A stretch of 59,250 nucleotides of DNA, taken from Kiritimatiellia bacterium (GTDB lineage Bacteria > Verrucomicrobiota > Kiritimatiellia > RFP12 > UBA1067). Location of the stretch: assembly GCA_045535455.1 (NCBI GenBank), contig JAZSLQ010000089.1, forward strand, positions 1-59,250, read 5' to 3'. Position numbers and translations under genes: made by a program. Positions 9,401-17,093 of this stretch are shown here, in pieces. The notes beneath the pieces were generated by a model, which saw only the letters and a program-made list of their open reading frames with translations, ran no database searches and was not told the DNA's origin. The stretch's first letter is position 1, and each line of letters opens with the position of its first letter.

Positions 9401-11941
9401 CAGGCCGTCGTGGATGCGGACGCCGGGGCTACGGAGTTTACCGCCTCGTTCGCTCCCGGTACAACTCAGATCTATCCCTGTGTCGGTACGCGCCCTGAGA
9501 GCGACTATCTGTGGGTCACTGCGACGATAAACCCTGGCATCTTGCCGGACGCCGAGATATGGGTCTCGATCCCGACGGCTGAGATTACGCTGGGGAATAG
9601 CCGCTACGTGGTTGTCAACGGCGCAGAGACCGCGCCGCATCGGATTCTTCCGTTCGTCTACCAGGTGGGGGCGTACATGCGGCAGAACTTGATGTCGGCT
9701 GTTTCCGCGAGCAAGTTGGAGGATGCGAGCGCCGAACGCATTGCGGGGCTTACCGACATAATCTTGATCGACGACGTGCGCGTAAAGTATGACTCTGGGC
9801 GGGATTTGTTCACGACAACCTGGGATGGTCGCGGGCGCGACAACACGGCGCAGGCGGCGCGCGTTCGGACACTGCGCAACCTATACAATCCCAAGTGCAT
9901 GGTTCGCGCCTGTCTTACCAAGGGCGACAACGTAATCACAGTGGACGGCGTGACGGGCTATCCCATCGCCTGCGCGGCCGCGTCGGCCGCTCGGCGGAAA
10001 CAGCTGGTGGAGTCGATTTTCTCGCTGCTCGAGGAAAATAGCTTGGACGGGCTCGATATCGACTGGGAATATCCCGGCGACCACGTTGACGGGACTGGGC
10101 AAGTGGATCGCGACTGGAACAGCTACGGGCTTTTGCTGCGCGACCTGGCTGCGGCGTTTTTCGACCGTGGGTATGTGCTCTCCTTCTGCTCCAACCTTGG
10201 CTACAGGATGGCTCCCAATGCCAGATGGGGTGCGTTCCATGCGGCTGACTTCATCAATTCGATGGCTTATGGCAGTTCGCCGCTCAACGCATCGCCGCAG
10301 GTGATGAAGACGGGAATCTCCGTATGCACGTCGCGCGGCGTTCCGAAGCGACGCATAGTGGTGGGTCAGGCCATGTACGCCTATGAGAACCAGAATCCGG
10401 GCTGGTCCAGTGTGGCGGGGTGGCTGGAGGCGGCGTATCCTGGCGACGTTTCGCGGCGCTGGGATGCGGATTTGGTGATGCGTAACGGCACCACCAAGGA
10501 GACGTTCGAGGGTCCGTCGAGCTACCACGCCAAGTGCAACTGGTGCCGCGCAAACGACTACGGCGGCGTGATGAGCTGGGGCTACTACACCGACGTGGCG
10601 TGGAACGATCCGGACCTGATGTCACTTGCCCGCCATCAGGCGAACGCCATCTGGCCGGAAACGGCATGGTCGCCGCCCGATCCACCTCAGGACGCGGAGG
10701 GCACGTATCTGCTCGACAGTGAAGACGATTTCCGCTGGTTGCGTACGCACGGCGACGTGTCGGCAAGACTGACGACCGACATCACGCTCGCGCACGACCC
10801 GCTGCCCATTGAGGAGTTTTCCGGCACGCTCGACGGCGACGGTCACGCGCTGATCGTGCCGGCAGACGTGTGGCTGACGTTCGACGATATGCCGGCGCTT
10901 ATCCGCGTTTTGACGGGTACGGTGAAGGATCTCCGCATCGACTTCGCAGGGCGCGCGGTCAACCGGGCGTCGCGCTGGAATGACAGGACGGCCGAGACTT
11001 CGGAGAACACGCTTTCGTCTGACGATCACCACACTGCGGTCTTGGCCGCCATCGTGCGCAATGGGGCGATGGTGGATGGCGTTGAGCTGATTTTGCGCGA
11101 GGGTTCGGAAGTGCAGGGGCCGACCTATGTGGGGGGACTTTTTGGCAGTGTGTTCTGTGCGGCTGGTTATCATGTCGAGGTCCGCAACTGCCGCGTACAG
11201 GTGGGCGGCACCATTCGTGCGCTCGCCCGCAACACGGCCGAGGGCGACATTTATCCAGCCAATGTCACCGTGGGTGGGCTGGCGGGGTGGATAAGCTGTC
11301 CGGGATCGGGCCTGGTCGCGATTTCCAACAACGTAGTGGTGCTCGAGACTACGGGACGCATCGCCACCGAGACCGGCGCCACCACGTCGGCGGGAGGCAT
11401 GGTGGGCCATGTCAACAACGCCAATCCGGTTTTACGGGACAACTTGACTTACGTGGCGGCCGGAGCGACAGTGGCGAACAACCATGTTTCGGCGACGGAC
11501 AGCCTGAAGCGCTCCTACGGGGCGGCTTCGTGGAACAGTCCCTCGGGCGCCAATCTTTCGCCGGGTGCGGTGGTGCTGGCGAAGGGGGCCGCAAAGTTGT
11601 CGGCGGGCGTGGGCGGCATCAGCGAAAAGGGCGTGGCGGCCTATGTCTTGACGGACGAGCCACAGGACGAGGATACGCACTTGCAAATCGCGGCGTTCGA
11701 GCTTGCGGCCGGAGGGACGGTTTCGCTCGTCGTGGAGAATGCAGGCGACGACGACGTAGGAATATCTACGGCTGCGCGTCCGGTCGTGCAGTATCTTTCG
11801 CTGGATGGCGGCGAGGCGTCGGTGTTGGAGACTGTGCGCCCGGATGCCATGTTGCTCGAGAACGGGGCGATGTCGTTCGCCATGCCCGCCCCATCCGTCA
11901 ACCATAATCCTACGTTGTTCAGGGTGTTTCTTACGCCATAA
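6431..11941 (+). CDS. Large multidomain, probably secreted, protein with two GH18 (chitinase/ENGase-like) domains
   Basis: Two intact DxxDxDxE motifs: 'FDGVDFDWEYP' and 'LDGLDIDWEYP'. N-terminal hydrophobic stretch; AAGGA RBS; 1836 aa. Confidence 0.85.
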   Translation: MNDFEEYFKAGEPGRRGGVGLLRSCALLSFACIGAMCLAPLHSVAATEAKPTVADSEEAVRDYDYVFRGGAAEQGDWLSPGNWAVPNGNGGYAAIAADKTPQFVASGQNPDWAPMLLDGSLMTGVDADGDGLKHVTAASELEGYIFRLGVYNNVSLAISSLAKLQKDGWIYVDATSKLTIGGFGSKYKGDTTVLHVAAREGVTFASTVALGDLRFAYCFEGEGSVAYKGAVTGGSHTLREVALSLSPDVAGGATCVKSRTLVTYHESSSISFSVSSSVRVNIADALGGTVAANVKSKGSSLSAIGDVWFSQERNAFKVYYVDYGEDGVVVPATDRMTAIQTESSYYRNNTFFQPLIGLRVDSTKGGQVLKSVKARVSDATAIGAITDVKLYATSVPYFAPGLATDYWDGISKTIPSGGSRTISVSFSASKGPSITKNTYLWLAVLINPNAPVRGEIDAEITEVALGDATSTTKPQIWDPSPAGVGEIYPYDWHVTPYWRMNDWTLNALTARHMACYTDIIAFYCVVKNDGTIGHGRNGEQFTDEKLAAAVARMKELRGNRDVRILVSIAWCKDALHSVTADPVLRSRMAENLAAFVDRFGFDGVDFDWEYPESKADWENWCLAVAELKPRLFALGGGKQVSISVTGYRMNQAANSLGAGNALKGLFQQCNFVCTMSYDSNSSDGHAPQWLMQNDVQKCQDFGGLKNCKIAAGQAFYTNYYPDAPNTQYGFNWVVNNYPQYVDSTDVFQADDGRTVTYNSLKTIRKKVAWCRERGVGVMIWANETDVAIAHPKSATRALSSQIGPMTRGREVAVAGPEDWVEAAATDGTIELLADISLDAETLRPGEICGTLNGNGHTIVLVGGNEPLCGRVTGTISNLTVVAVDGFTGTALLADDAEGATLVDVVQSDMRETSAVATVVRAHPRLTRGLARESLIGLRFDNNWGGAYSAFEVKFRLVNCTKADISDIRLWRQPFDPVPYAFYEAQAKQLAQAVVDADAGATEFTASFAPGTTQIYPCVGTRPESDYLWVTATINPGILPDAEIWVSIPTAEITLGNSRYVVVNGAETAPHRILPFVYQVGAYMRQNLMSAVSASKLEDASAERIAGLTDIILIDDVRVKYDSGRDLFTTTWDGRGRDNTAQAARVRTLRNLYNPKCMVRACLTKGDNVITVDGVTGYPIACAAASAARRKQLVESIFSLLEENSLDGLDIDWEYPGDHVDGTGQVDRDWNSYGLLLRDLAAAFFDRGYVLSFCSNLGYRMAPNARWGAFHAADFINSMAYGSSPLNASPQVMKTGISVCTSRGVPKRRIVVGQAMYAYENQNPGWSSVAGWLEAAYPGDVSRRWDADLVMRNGTTKETFEGPSSYHAKCNWCRANDYGGVMSWGYYTDVAWNDPDLMSLARHQANAIWPETAWSPPDPPQDAEGTYLLDSEDDFRWLRTHGDVSARLTTDITLAHDPLPIEEFSGTLDGDGHALIVPADVWLTFDDMPALIRVLTGTVKDLRIDFAGRAVNRASRWNDRTAETSENTLSSDDHHTAVLAAIVRNGAMVDGVELILREGSEVQGPTYVGGLFGSVFCAAGYHVEVRNCRVQVGGTIRALARNTAEGDIYPANVTVGGLAGWISCPGSGLVAISNNVVVLETTGRIATETGATTSAGGMVGHVNNANPVLRDNLTYVAAGATVANNHVSATDSLKRSYGAASWNSPSGANLSPGAVVLAKGAAKLSAGVGGISEKGVAAYVLTDEPQDEDTHLQIAAFELAAGGTVSLVVENAGDDDVGISTAARPVVQYLSLDGGEASVLETVRPDAMLLENGAMSFAMPAPSVNHNPTLFRVFLTP

Positions 11942-11963
11942 GCGCACGGGCCGTCGCGGGAGG

Positions 11964-11996
11964 TTTCTAGACAGGATTTACAAGATTTACAGGATT
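11964..11996. repeat. 9-mer repeat arm, opposite orientation to the arm at 6377
   Basis: tttctagacaggatttacaagatttacaggatt. Confidence 0.85.
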
Positions 11997-12013
11997 GAGA
12001 AAGAAGTAGGAGT

Positions 12014-12685
12014 ATGAATAGAAAGAAGATTGTTAAGTTTGCGGCTTGGGGAATTGTGGCCGCACTTGTCGCGTGGGGCGTGTCGGCGATTGCCGTCTAT
12101 TGGGTGTCGGCTGGGCGCGTGTTCGACAAGGCATCTGATGTTCCGCACTGCCGCGCCGCCGTTGTGTTGGGTTGTCGCAAGTCCCTGCCGAATGGACTCT
12201 TGAACCTTTATTTCACGCGGCGCATCGCCGCTGCCGCCGATCTTTACAAGGCGGGCAAGGTGGATTGCCTCATTGTCAGCGGCGACAACCATATCAAGGA
12301 GTATGACGAGGCGTCGGACATGAAGGAATCTCTTGCCGAGGCGGGCGTTCCTGCGGATCGCGTCGTCTGCGACTATGCGGGATTTCGCACGCTTGATTCT
12401 GTAGTGCGGGCGAAGAAGGTGTTTGGGCTTGATTCGTTCATTGTCGTTTCGCAGAAGGATCATGTTCGCCGCGCGGTCTTCACGGCGCGTGGCTTCGGCT
12501 GCAACGCATACGGCTATGCCGCGCCAGATGTCAACGGACGCTATTCAATCAAGACTACAATTAGGGAGCAACTTGCCAAGATCGCGGCGGTTCTCGATGT
12601 GATTCTTCGCCGTGGTCCTAAGTTCCTCGGCCCCCGAGAACTTCTGCCGGATGGTTCTCAGGGGAATGTTTTTAGACAGGATTAA
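12014..12685 (+). CDS. sanA: SanA/YdcF family protein (DUF218)
   Basis: N-terminal TM helix; 'LIVSGDN', 'DYAGFRTLDS' and 'IVVSQKDHVRRA' motifs; TAGGAG RBS. The stop codon lies within the repeat arm. Confidence 0.85.
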   Translation: MNRKKIVKFAAWGIVAALVAWGVSAIAVYWVSAGRVFDKASDVPHCRAAVVLGCRKSLPNGLLNLYFTRRIAAAADLYKAGKVDCLIVSGDNHIKEYDEASDMKESLAEAGVPADRVVCDYAGFRTLDSVVRAKKVFGLDSFIVVSQKDHVRRAVFTARGFGCNAYGYAAPDVNGRYSIKTTIREQLAKIAAVLDVILRRGPKFLGPRELLPDGSQGNVFRQD

Positions 12686-12753
12686 CAGGATTGACAGGAT
12701 TGTGGGGATGAATGGATGTCTTAATCTTGTAAATCCTGTAAATCCTGTCTAAA
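12670..12753. repeat. Complete palindromic 9-mer-arm element
   Basis: Left arm ttttagacaggattaacaggattgacaggatt (12670-12701); right arm aatcttgtaaatcctgtaaatcctgtctaaa (12723-12753). Confidence 0.85.
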
Positions 12754-12817
12754 CAAAACCGATAGGGGCAAATTCCATAAATACACGAATGGCATATGCG
12801 TGGGGGGCGTGGAAGAG

Positions 12818-12905
12818 AATCGGTCGTAAAGATGGCGGATTTTGGGCAAAATCGGTCGGCATGGCGACCGATTTTGTGGTATAATATGTGACGGACCGAC
12901 CGATT
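12818..12905. promoter_or_regulatory. Four-site symmetric operator-like array and extended -10 promoter of Fic gene 2
   Basis: AATCGGTCG at 12818-12826 and 12850-12858; CGACCGATT at 12865-12873 and 12897-12905; TGGTATAAT at 12877-12885. Confidence 0.75.
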
Positions 12906-12916
12906 AGAGTAAAAGT

Positions 12917-13951
12917 ATGACGAATCTTGATAAGGTGATTGAGTATTTGCACTATCATCCGGGCGCAAGTCGCCGCGAATTGATGGAGGCACTGGTTCTG
13001 GGAATCAAGGACACCCAGATGAAAGTGCTTTTGGGTGATGGTATAGCCAACGGCGACATCCGCGTTGAGGGCAAGGCGCGGGCGACACGCTATTTCATAA
13101 CGCCCAAGGCGCAGCTCTTGAGGACGATTGATCTTGGATCGTATTATGCTGTCGAGACCGACAAGCGTGAGATGCAGACCTCGTATAATTTCGAGTTGAT
13201 CCGTGACGTGTTGCCGAAGGTGGAGATATTCACGAAGGACGAGTGCAAGTTCCTTGTCGACCGGGAGAATGCATTTTTGGCGCGCATGAAGGACTATCCG
13301 AAAGAACTCTATGCGAAGGAGATGGAACGGCTTGGTATCGACCTCAGCTGGAAGTCGTCGGAGATCGAGGGCAACACCTATACGCTGTTGGAAACGGTTA
13401 ATCTCCTGAAGGACAAGATCGAAGCCGAGGGCAAGAAACGCGAAGAGGCGATAATGCTCTTGAACCACAAGGCGGCGCTTAAGGCCATTGTCGAGCATAG
13501 TGCGTATTTCAGAGATCTTTCGCTTGCGCGGATGGAGGACGTGCATTCGGTGCTGATCGAGGAACTTGGCGTCGAACGCAACCTGCGCCACATAAGGGTT
13601 GGCATTTCGGGGACGAGGTATCGTCCGCTTGAAGTTGAGTCTCAGATACGCGAGGCAGTGGAGGACATGTGTGCCCTCGTGAACGGCAAGAGCGACCCTT
13701 ACGAAAAGGCGCTCTTGACGCTGTTGCTTATCGCCTACATTCAGCCGTTCACGGACGGCAACAAGCGTACGAGCCGTCTGATGGCGAATGCGGTGTTGAT
13801 TTCGCGTTCGCTTTGCCCTCTGTCATTCCGCACGGTAGAGGCAAATGACTATCGGGCGGCATTGCTCCTGTTCTACGAGCAGAACAATCTCTCGGCGTTC
13901 AAGAAGATGTTCCTTGAGCAGGTTGAGTTCGCGATGAAGGAATACTTCTGA
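12917..13951 (+). CDS. Fic family protein with N-terminal wHTH (paralog 2)
   Basis: 'IQPFTDGNKRTSR'; collinear and visibly similar to 2418-3458 from about residue 60 onward. Confidence 0.9.
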   Translation: MTNLDKVIEYLHYHPGASRRELMEALVLGIKDTQMKVLLGDGIANGDIRVEGKARATRYFITPKAQLLRTIDLGSYYAVETDKREMQTSYNFELIRDVLPKVEIFTKDECKFLVDRENAFLARMKDYPKELYAKEMERLGIDLSWKSSEIEGNTYTLLETVNLLKDKIEAEGKKREEAIMLLNHKAALKAIVEHSAYFRDLSLARMEDVHSVLIEELGVERNLRHIRVGISGTRYRPLEVESQIREAVEDMCALVNGKSDPYEKALLTLLLIAYIQPFTDGNKRTSRLMANAVLISRSLCPLSFRTVEANDYRAALLLFYEQNNLSAFKKMFLEQVEFAMKEYF

Positions 13952-13968
13952 ACATGGAGGAATTTGAT

Positions 13969-15450
13969 ATGCCTGTTGATTGCGGATGGCTTGAGTCGTT
14001 TACGAAGCTCGTCGATGTAGTGTGCGGGTGGGTATGGGGATTGCCCCTCGTCGGTGCGATTCTTGTCACTGGGCTTGTCCTTACGCTGTGCCTGCGCTTC
14101 ACTCATATCTTCAACTTGAAGCGTGCCTTCGTCTACATGTTCCACACCGAGGAGGGCGACGAAGTGTCGGGCGAGGTGAGTTCTTTCGCCGCGCTTTGCA
14201 CTGCGCTTTCCGCGACGATCGGCACCGGCAACATCGTTGGCGTCGCGACGGCCATTGGCACAGGCGGCCCCGGCGCGCTCTTCTGGATGGAAGTCGCGGC
14301 GTTCCTCGGCATGGCGACGAAGTATGCCGAAGGACTGCTTGCTGTGAAATACCGCGAGGTGACGCCTGACGGTCGCGTGCTTGGCGGCCCGTTCTACTAT
14401 ATTGAAAAGGGCCTTGGGCATCGGTGGAAGCCGCTTGCCGTGGCGTTCGCAGTCTTTGGCGTGCTTGCAGGCGTCATGGGTATCGGCACCATCACGCAGA
14501 TCCACGGCATAACGTCTGCCGTGCAGCGGTTCTTAGACCCGCAGTTCAACCCCGCGGACATGGCGACTGGCATCGGGCTTTTCGGCACGACTTATTCCGT
14601 GCCGGTGGTGGTTGCAGGCATCGTGGTGACGCTCTGCGTGGGGCTCGTCGTCATCGGCGGCATCAAACGCATCGCCAAGGTGTCGTCCGTCGTCGTGCCT
14701 TTCATGGCGATTTTCTACATAGCCGTCATCGTGCTTTTGCTTCTCGGCAATCTCACGAAGGTGACGGCGGCGATCCAGACGATCGTGCTTGCCGCCTTTA
14801 ATCCGGAGGCAGTCACTGGCGGCGTCGTGGGAACAGTGTTTATCGCGATTCAGAAGGGTGTCGCGCGAGGTATCTTCTCGAATGAGGCGGGCCTTGGCTC
14901 CGCGCCGATTGCCGCCGCCGCCGCGAGGACGAACGAACCGGCGCGACAGGGACTCGTATGCATGACCGGTACCTTCATCGACACAATCGTCATCTGCACG
15001 ATGACTGGTCTTGCGATCGTTGTGACAGGCGCATGGGAGCCGTCGCTCGGGCTCGAGGGCGTCGACATCACGATAGAGGCGTTCAACCGCGGACTTGCCT
15101 TCATCGGCCCCCATTCAGGCATAATCTCGTCATTCTTCCTAATGACTGCGCTTACCTTCTTCGCGTTCACCACGATCCTCGGCTGGAACTACTATTCCGA
15201 GAAGTGCTTGGAGTATCTCGTCGGCACGGAGCGGCAGTGGTGCGTAAAGGCGTTCCGCGTCTTATATGTCGCTGTCGTATTTGTTGGACCATATCTAACC
15301 GTGTCGGTGGTGTGGGGCATGGCGGACGTGTTCAATGGCCTGATGGCTTTCCCGAACCTCATAGCTCTCTTGCTCCTCTCGCCTGTCGTCGCTCGCACGA
15401 CGGCGGACTTCTTCCGCCGCACGAGACAAGAAAGTTTTAGACAGGATTAA
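13969..15450 (+). CDS. Sodium:alanine/glycine symporter family (AGCS) transporter
   Basis: 'TIGTGNIVGVA', 'GGPGALFWM', 'GGPFYYI' and 'RGIFSNEAGLGSAPIA' motifs. GGAGG at 13956-13960 favours ATG 13969 over 13954. Confidence 0.92.
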   Translation: MPVDCGWLESFTKLVDVVCGWVWGLPLVGAILVTGLVLTLCLRFTHIFNLKRAFVYMFHTEEGDEVSGEVSSFAALCTALSATIGTGNIVGVATAIGTGGPGALFWMEVAAFLGMATKYAEGLLAVKYREVTPDGRVLGGPFYYIEKGLGHRWKPLAVAFAVFGVLAGVMGIGTITQIHGITSAVQRFLDPQFNPADMATGIGLFGTTYSVPVVVAGIVVTLCVGLVVIGGIKRIAKVSSVVVPFMAIFYIAVIVLLLLGNLTKVTAAIQTIVLAAFNPEAVTGGVVGTVFIAIQKGVARGIFSNEAGLGSAPIAAAAARTNEPARQGLVCMTGTFIDTIVICTMTGLAIVVTGAWEPSLGLEGVDITIEAFNRGLAFIGPHSGIISSFFLMTALTFFAFTTILGWNYYSEKCLEYLVGTERQWCVKAFRVLYVAVVFVGPYLTVSVVWGMADVFNGLMAFPNLIALLLLSPVVARTTADFFRRTRQESFRQD

Positions 15451-15590
15451 CAAGATTGACGGGATTATGAGAATTCGAGTTGAGAGTTGGAGTTCGAGAA
15501 AGGAAGTCGGAATAATTCCACCCTCCAACTCCAACTATTTTCTCCAACTATCTCTCTTAATCTTGTAAATCCTGTTAATCCTGTCTAAAA
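15435..15590. repeat. Nested palindromic element: outer 9-mer arms, inner GAGTTG/CAACTC arms
   Basis: Outer arms 15435-15466 and 15559-15590; inner arms about 15477-15498 and 15523-15556. Confidence 0.85.
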
Positions 15591-15611
15591 CAAAATTTGA
15601 AAGAGCCGAGT

Positions 15612-16811
15612 ATGGAATACATCTGGAAATACAAGACACCGGAAGGGTTTGACGATCTCGTGATGAGCGGGGACGGCGAGGCGCTGACAGGGCTCTGGTT
15701 CGCGGGCTCGCGTGACGCCGTGCGGCGCGGGGCAGCCGTCGAATTGCGCGAGACGCCGGTATTCCGCGAAACCTGCCGCTGGCTTGACGAGTATTTCGCC
15801 GGGCGCGACCCCGGCTTTACGCCCAACTATCGCATAGAAGACCTGACCGAGTTTCGCGCGGAAGTGATCGACGAACTCAAGCGGATTCCCTTTGGCGCCA
15901 CGGTGTCGTATGGTGACATAGCGAAGGCAATCTCAAAAAAGCACGGCGGAGCAAAGGTCTCGGCGCGCGCGGTCGGCGGTGCGGTTGGGTGGAACCCGAT
16001 TGGAATAATAATTCCGTGCCACCGCGTAATCGGCGCGGACAATGGCCTTACTGGCTACGGCGGCGGTCTTGGCAACAAGATATCGCTTCTTGCCCACGAA
16101 GGATCGGATCTTTTCGATGTTCGTCTTTCTGCTCCGAAGGACAGGAAGGACGAAATCGACGGAGTGTTCGTTCGGCGGTGTATTCAAGCCGTGAACAGGG
16201 CCGCTGCGCTGCATGGCCTTGGACGGGCGCGATGCGAAGAGAACGATGGCACGACGATATTGCTTGACGCACTTACTGATGGATGGGGTGAGTTTGCCGC
16301 GCCTTTTATCTTCGACGAGTGCAGCGACGACGACGCAAAGTTGCTGCTTGAGAGTTTTATTGATTTTCGATCTCTTTACCAATACGATCTCGCGGTTCAG
16401 CTTTCGCGTCTGCTGGCAAGACGAGGCGCGCTCGTCAGGGCGCGGATGGGACGCATTCTTGCAAAGACCGACTGGAGTTCGTATGGCTCTAACGGACTTT
16501 TGCTCTCGTATCTCGCGTCGAGGAAGGGGAGTGACCCGCTCATTTGCCGACTTTTGGACATAGTGGGCGAAGACAACCGCGACGGACTCTTCATTGCCTG
16601 CTGGTATTCGTCGGGGAAGAAGGTTCAGAAGTGTCTCAAGCGAAAGTTTGAGAGCTGGATCGAAAGCGACGACTCGTGGGGTGGCAGCACTGGCGAGGGG
16701 TGGTGGCTCGGCGCATTCCTTTCGAAATGGACGAAGGAGCAGACATTTTCTTACGAAGAACTCCAATTGCTTACACAGTGGTATCTTGAACACCAAATGC
16801 CTACACCATAG
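15612..16811 (+). CDS. Methylated-DNA-protein-cysteine methyltransferase (Ogt) with an unknown C-terminal domain
   Basis: Active site 'IIIPCHRVIG', plus 'IPFGATVSYGDIA' and 'ARAVGGAVGWNP'. About 230 extra residues follow 'LLAHEG'. Confidence 0.8.
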   Translation: MEYIWKYKTPEGFDDLVMSGDGEALTGLWFAGSRDAVRRGAAVELRETPVFRETCRWLDEYFAGRDPGFTPNYRIEDLTEFRAEVIDELKRIPFGATVSYGDIAKAISKKHGGAKVSARAVGGAVGWNPIGIIIPCHRVIGADNGLTGYGGGLGNKISLLAHEGSDLFDVRLSAPKDRKDEIDGVFVRRCIQAVNRAAALHGLGRARCEENDGTTILLDALTDGWGEFAAPFIFDECSDDDAKLLLESFIDFRSLYQYDLAVQLSRLLARRGALVRARMGRILAKTDWSSYGSNGLLLSYLASRKGSDPLICRLLDIVGEDNRDGLFIACWYSSGKKVQKCLKRKFESWIESDDSWGGSTGEGWWLGAFLSKWTKEQTFSYEELQLLTQWYLEHQMPTP

Positions 16812-16936
16812 TCTGCACAGGTTGTAGTGAACAAACAAGTAGCGAAAGTGTAAATTTGGGTAAATCTGGGGAGAGACCCTAAATTTGCTTGCAAAACAAT
16901 GCGATTTTTCGTGCGTAATTGAAACTTATCTAGAAA

Positions 16937-17007
16937 TGAGAATTCAATGCGGAATTCTTATCCTAGATGGGACTTTTCTTGCCAAGAATTTCCGCATAGA
17001 ATTCTCA
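16937..17007. repeat. Inverted pair of the ~28-bp TGAGAATTCWATGCGGAA motif
   Basis: tgagaattcaatgcggaattctt (16937-16959) and aagaatttccgcatagaattctca (16984-17007). Confidence 0.7.
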
Positions 17008-17015
17008 AAATAAAT

Positions 17016-17093
17016 TTGTAACAACTTCTCCATTGCATTGACGCAGAAAAGTTGTTACAATACTGTCGATATGGGCAGAAAAGTTGTTACAAT
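17016..17093. promoter_or_regulatory. Promoter and repeated operator-like sites of Fic gene 3
   Basis: TTGCAT (17033-17038), 17 nt, TACAAT (17056-17061). 19-bp direct repeat gcagaaaagttgttacaat at 17043 and 17075; inverted core ttgtaacaact at 17016-17026. Confidence 0.65.

Noticed and set aside
13900-13968. Glycine riboswitch upstream of the alanine/glycine symporter
   Set aside because: The Fic stop codon lies 17 nt upstream, leaving no room.
16935-16962. Chromosomal dif (XerCD) site
   Set aside because: Only TATGCG/CGCATA resembles the XerC arm, there is no XerD arm (TTATGTTAAAT), and several copies occur. Kept as an unknown motif.
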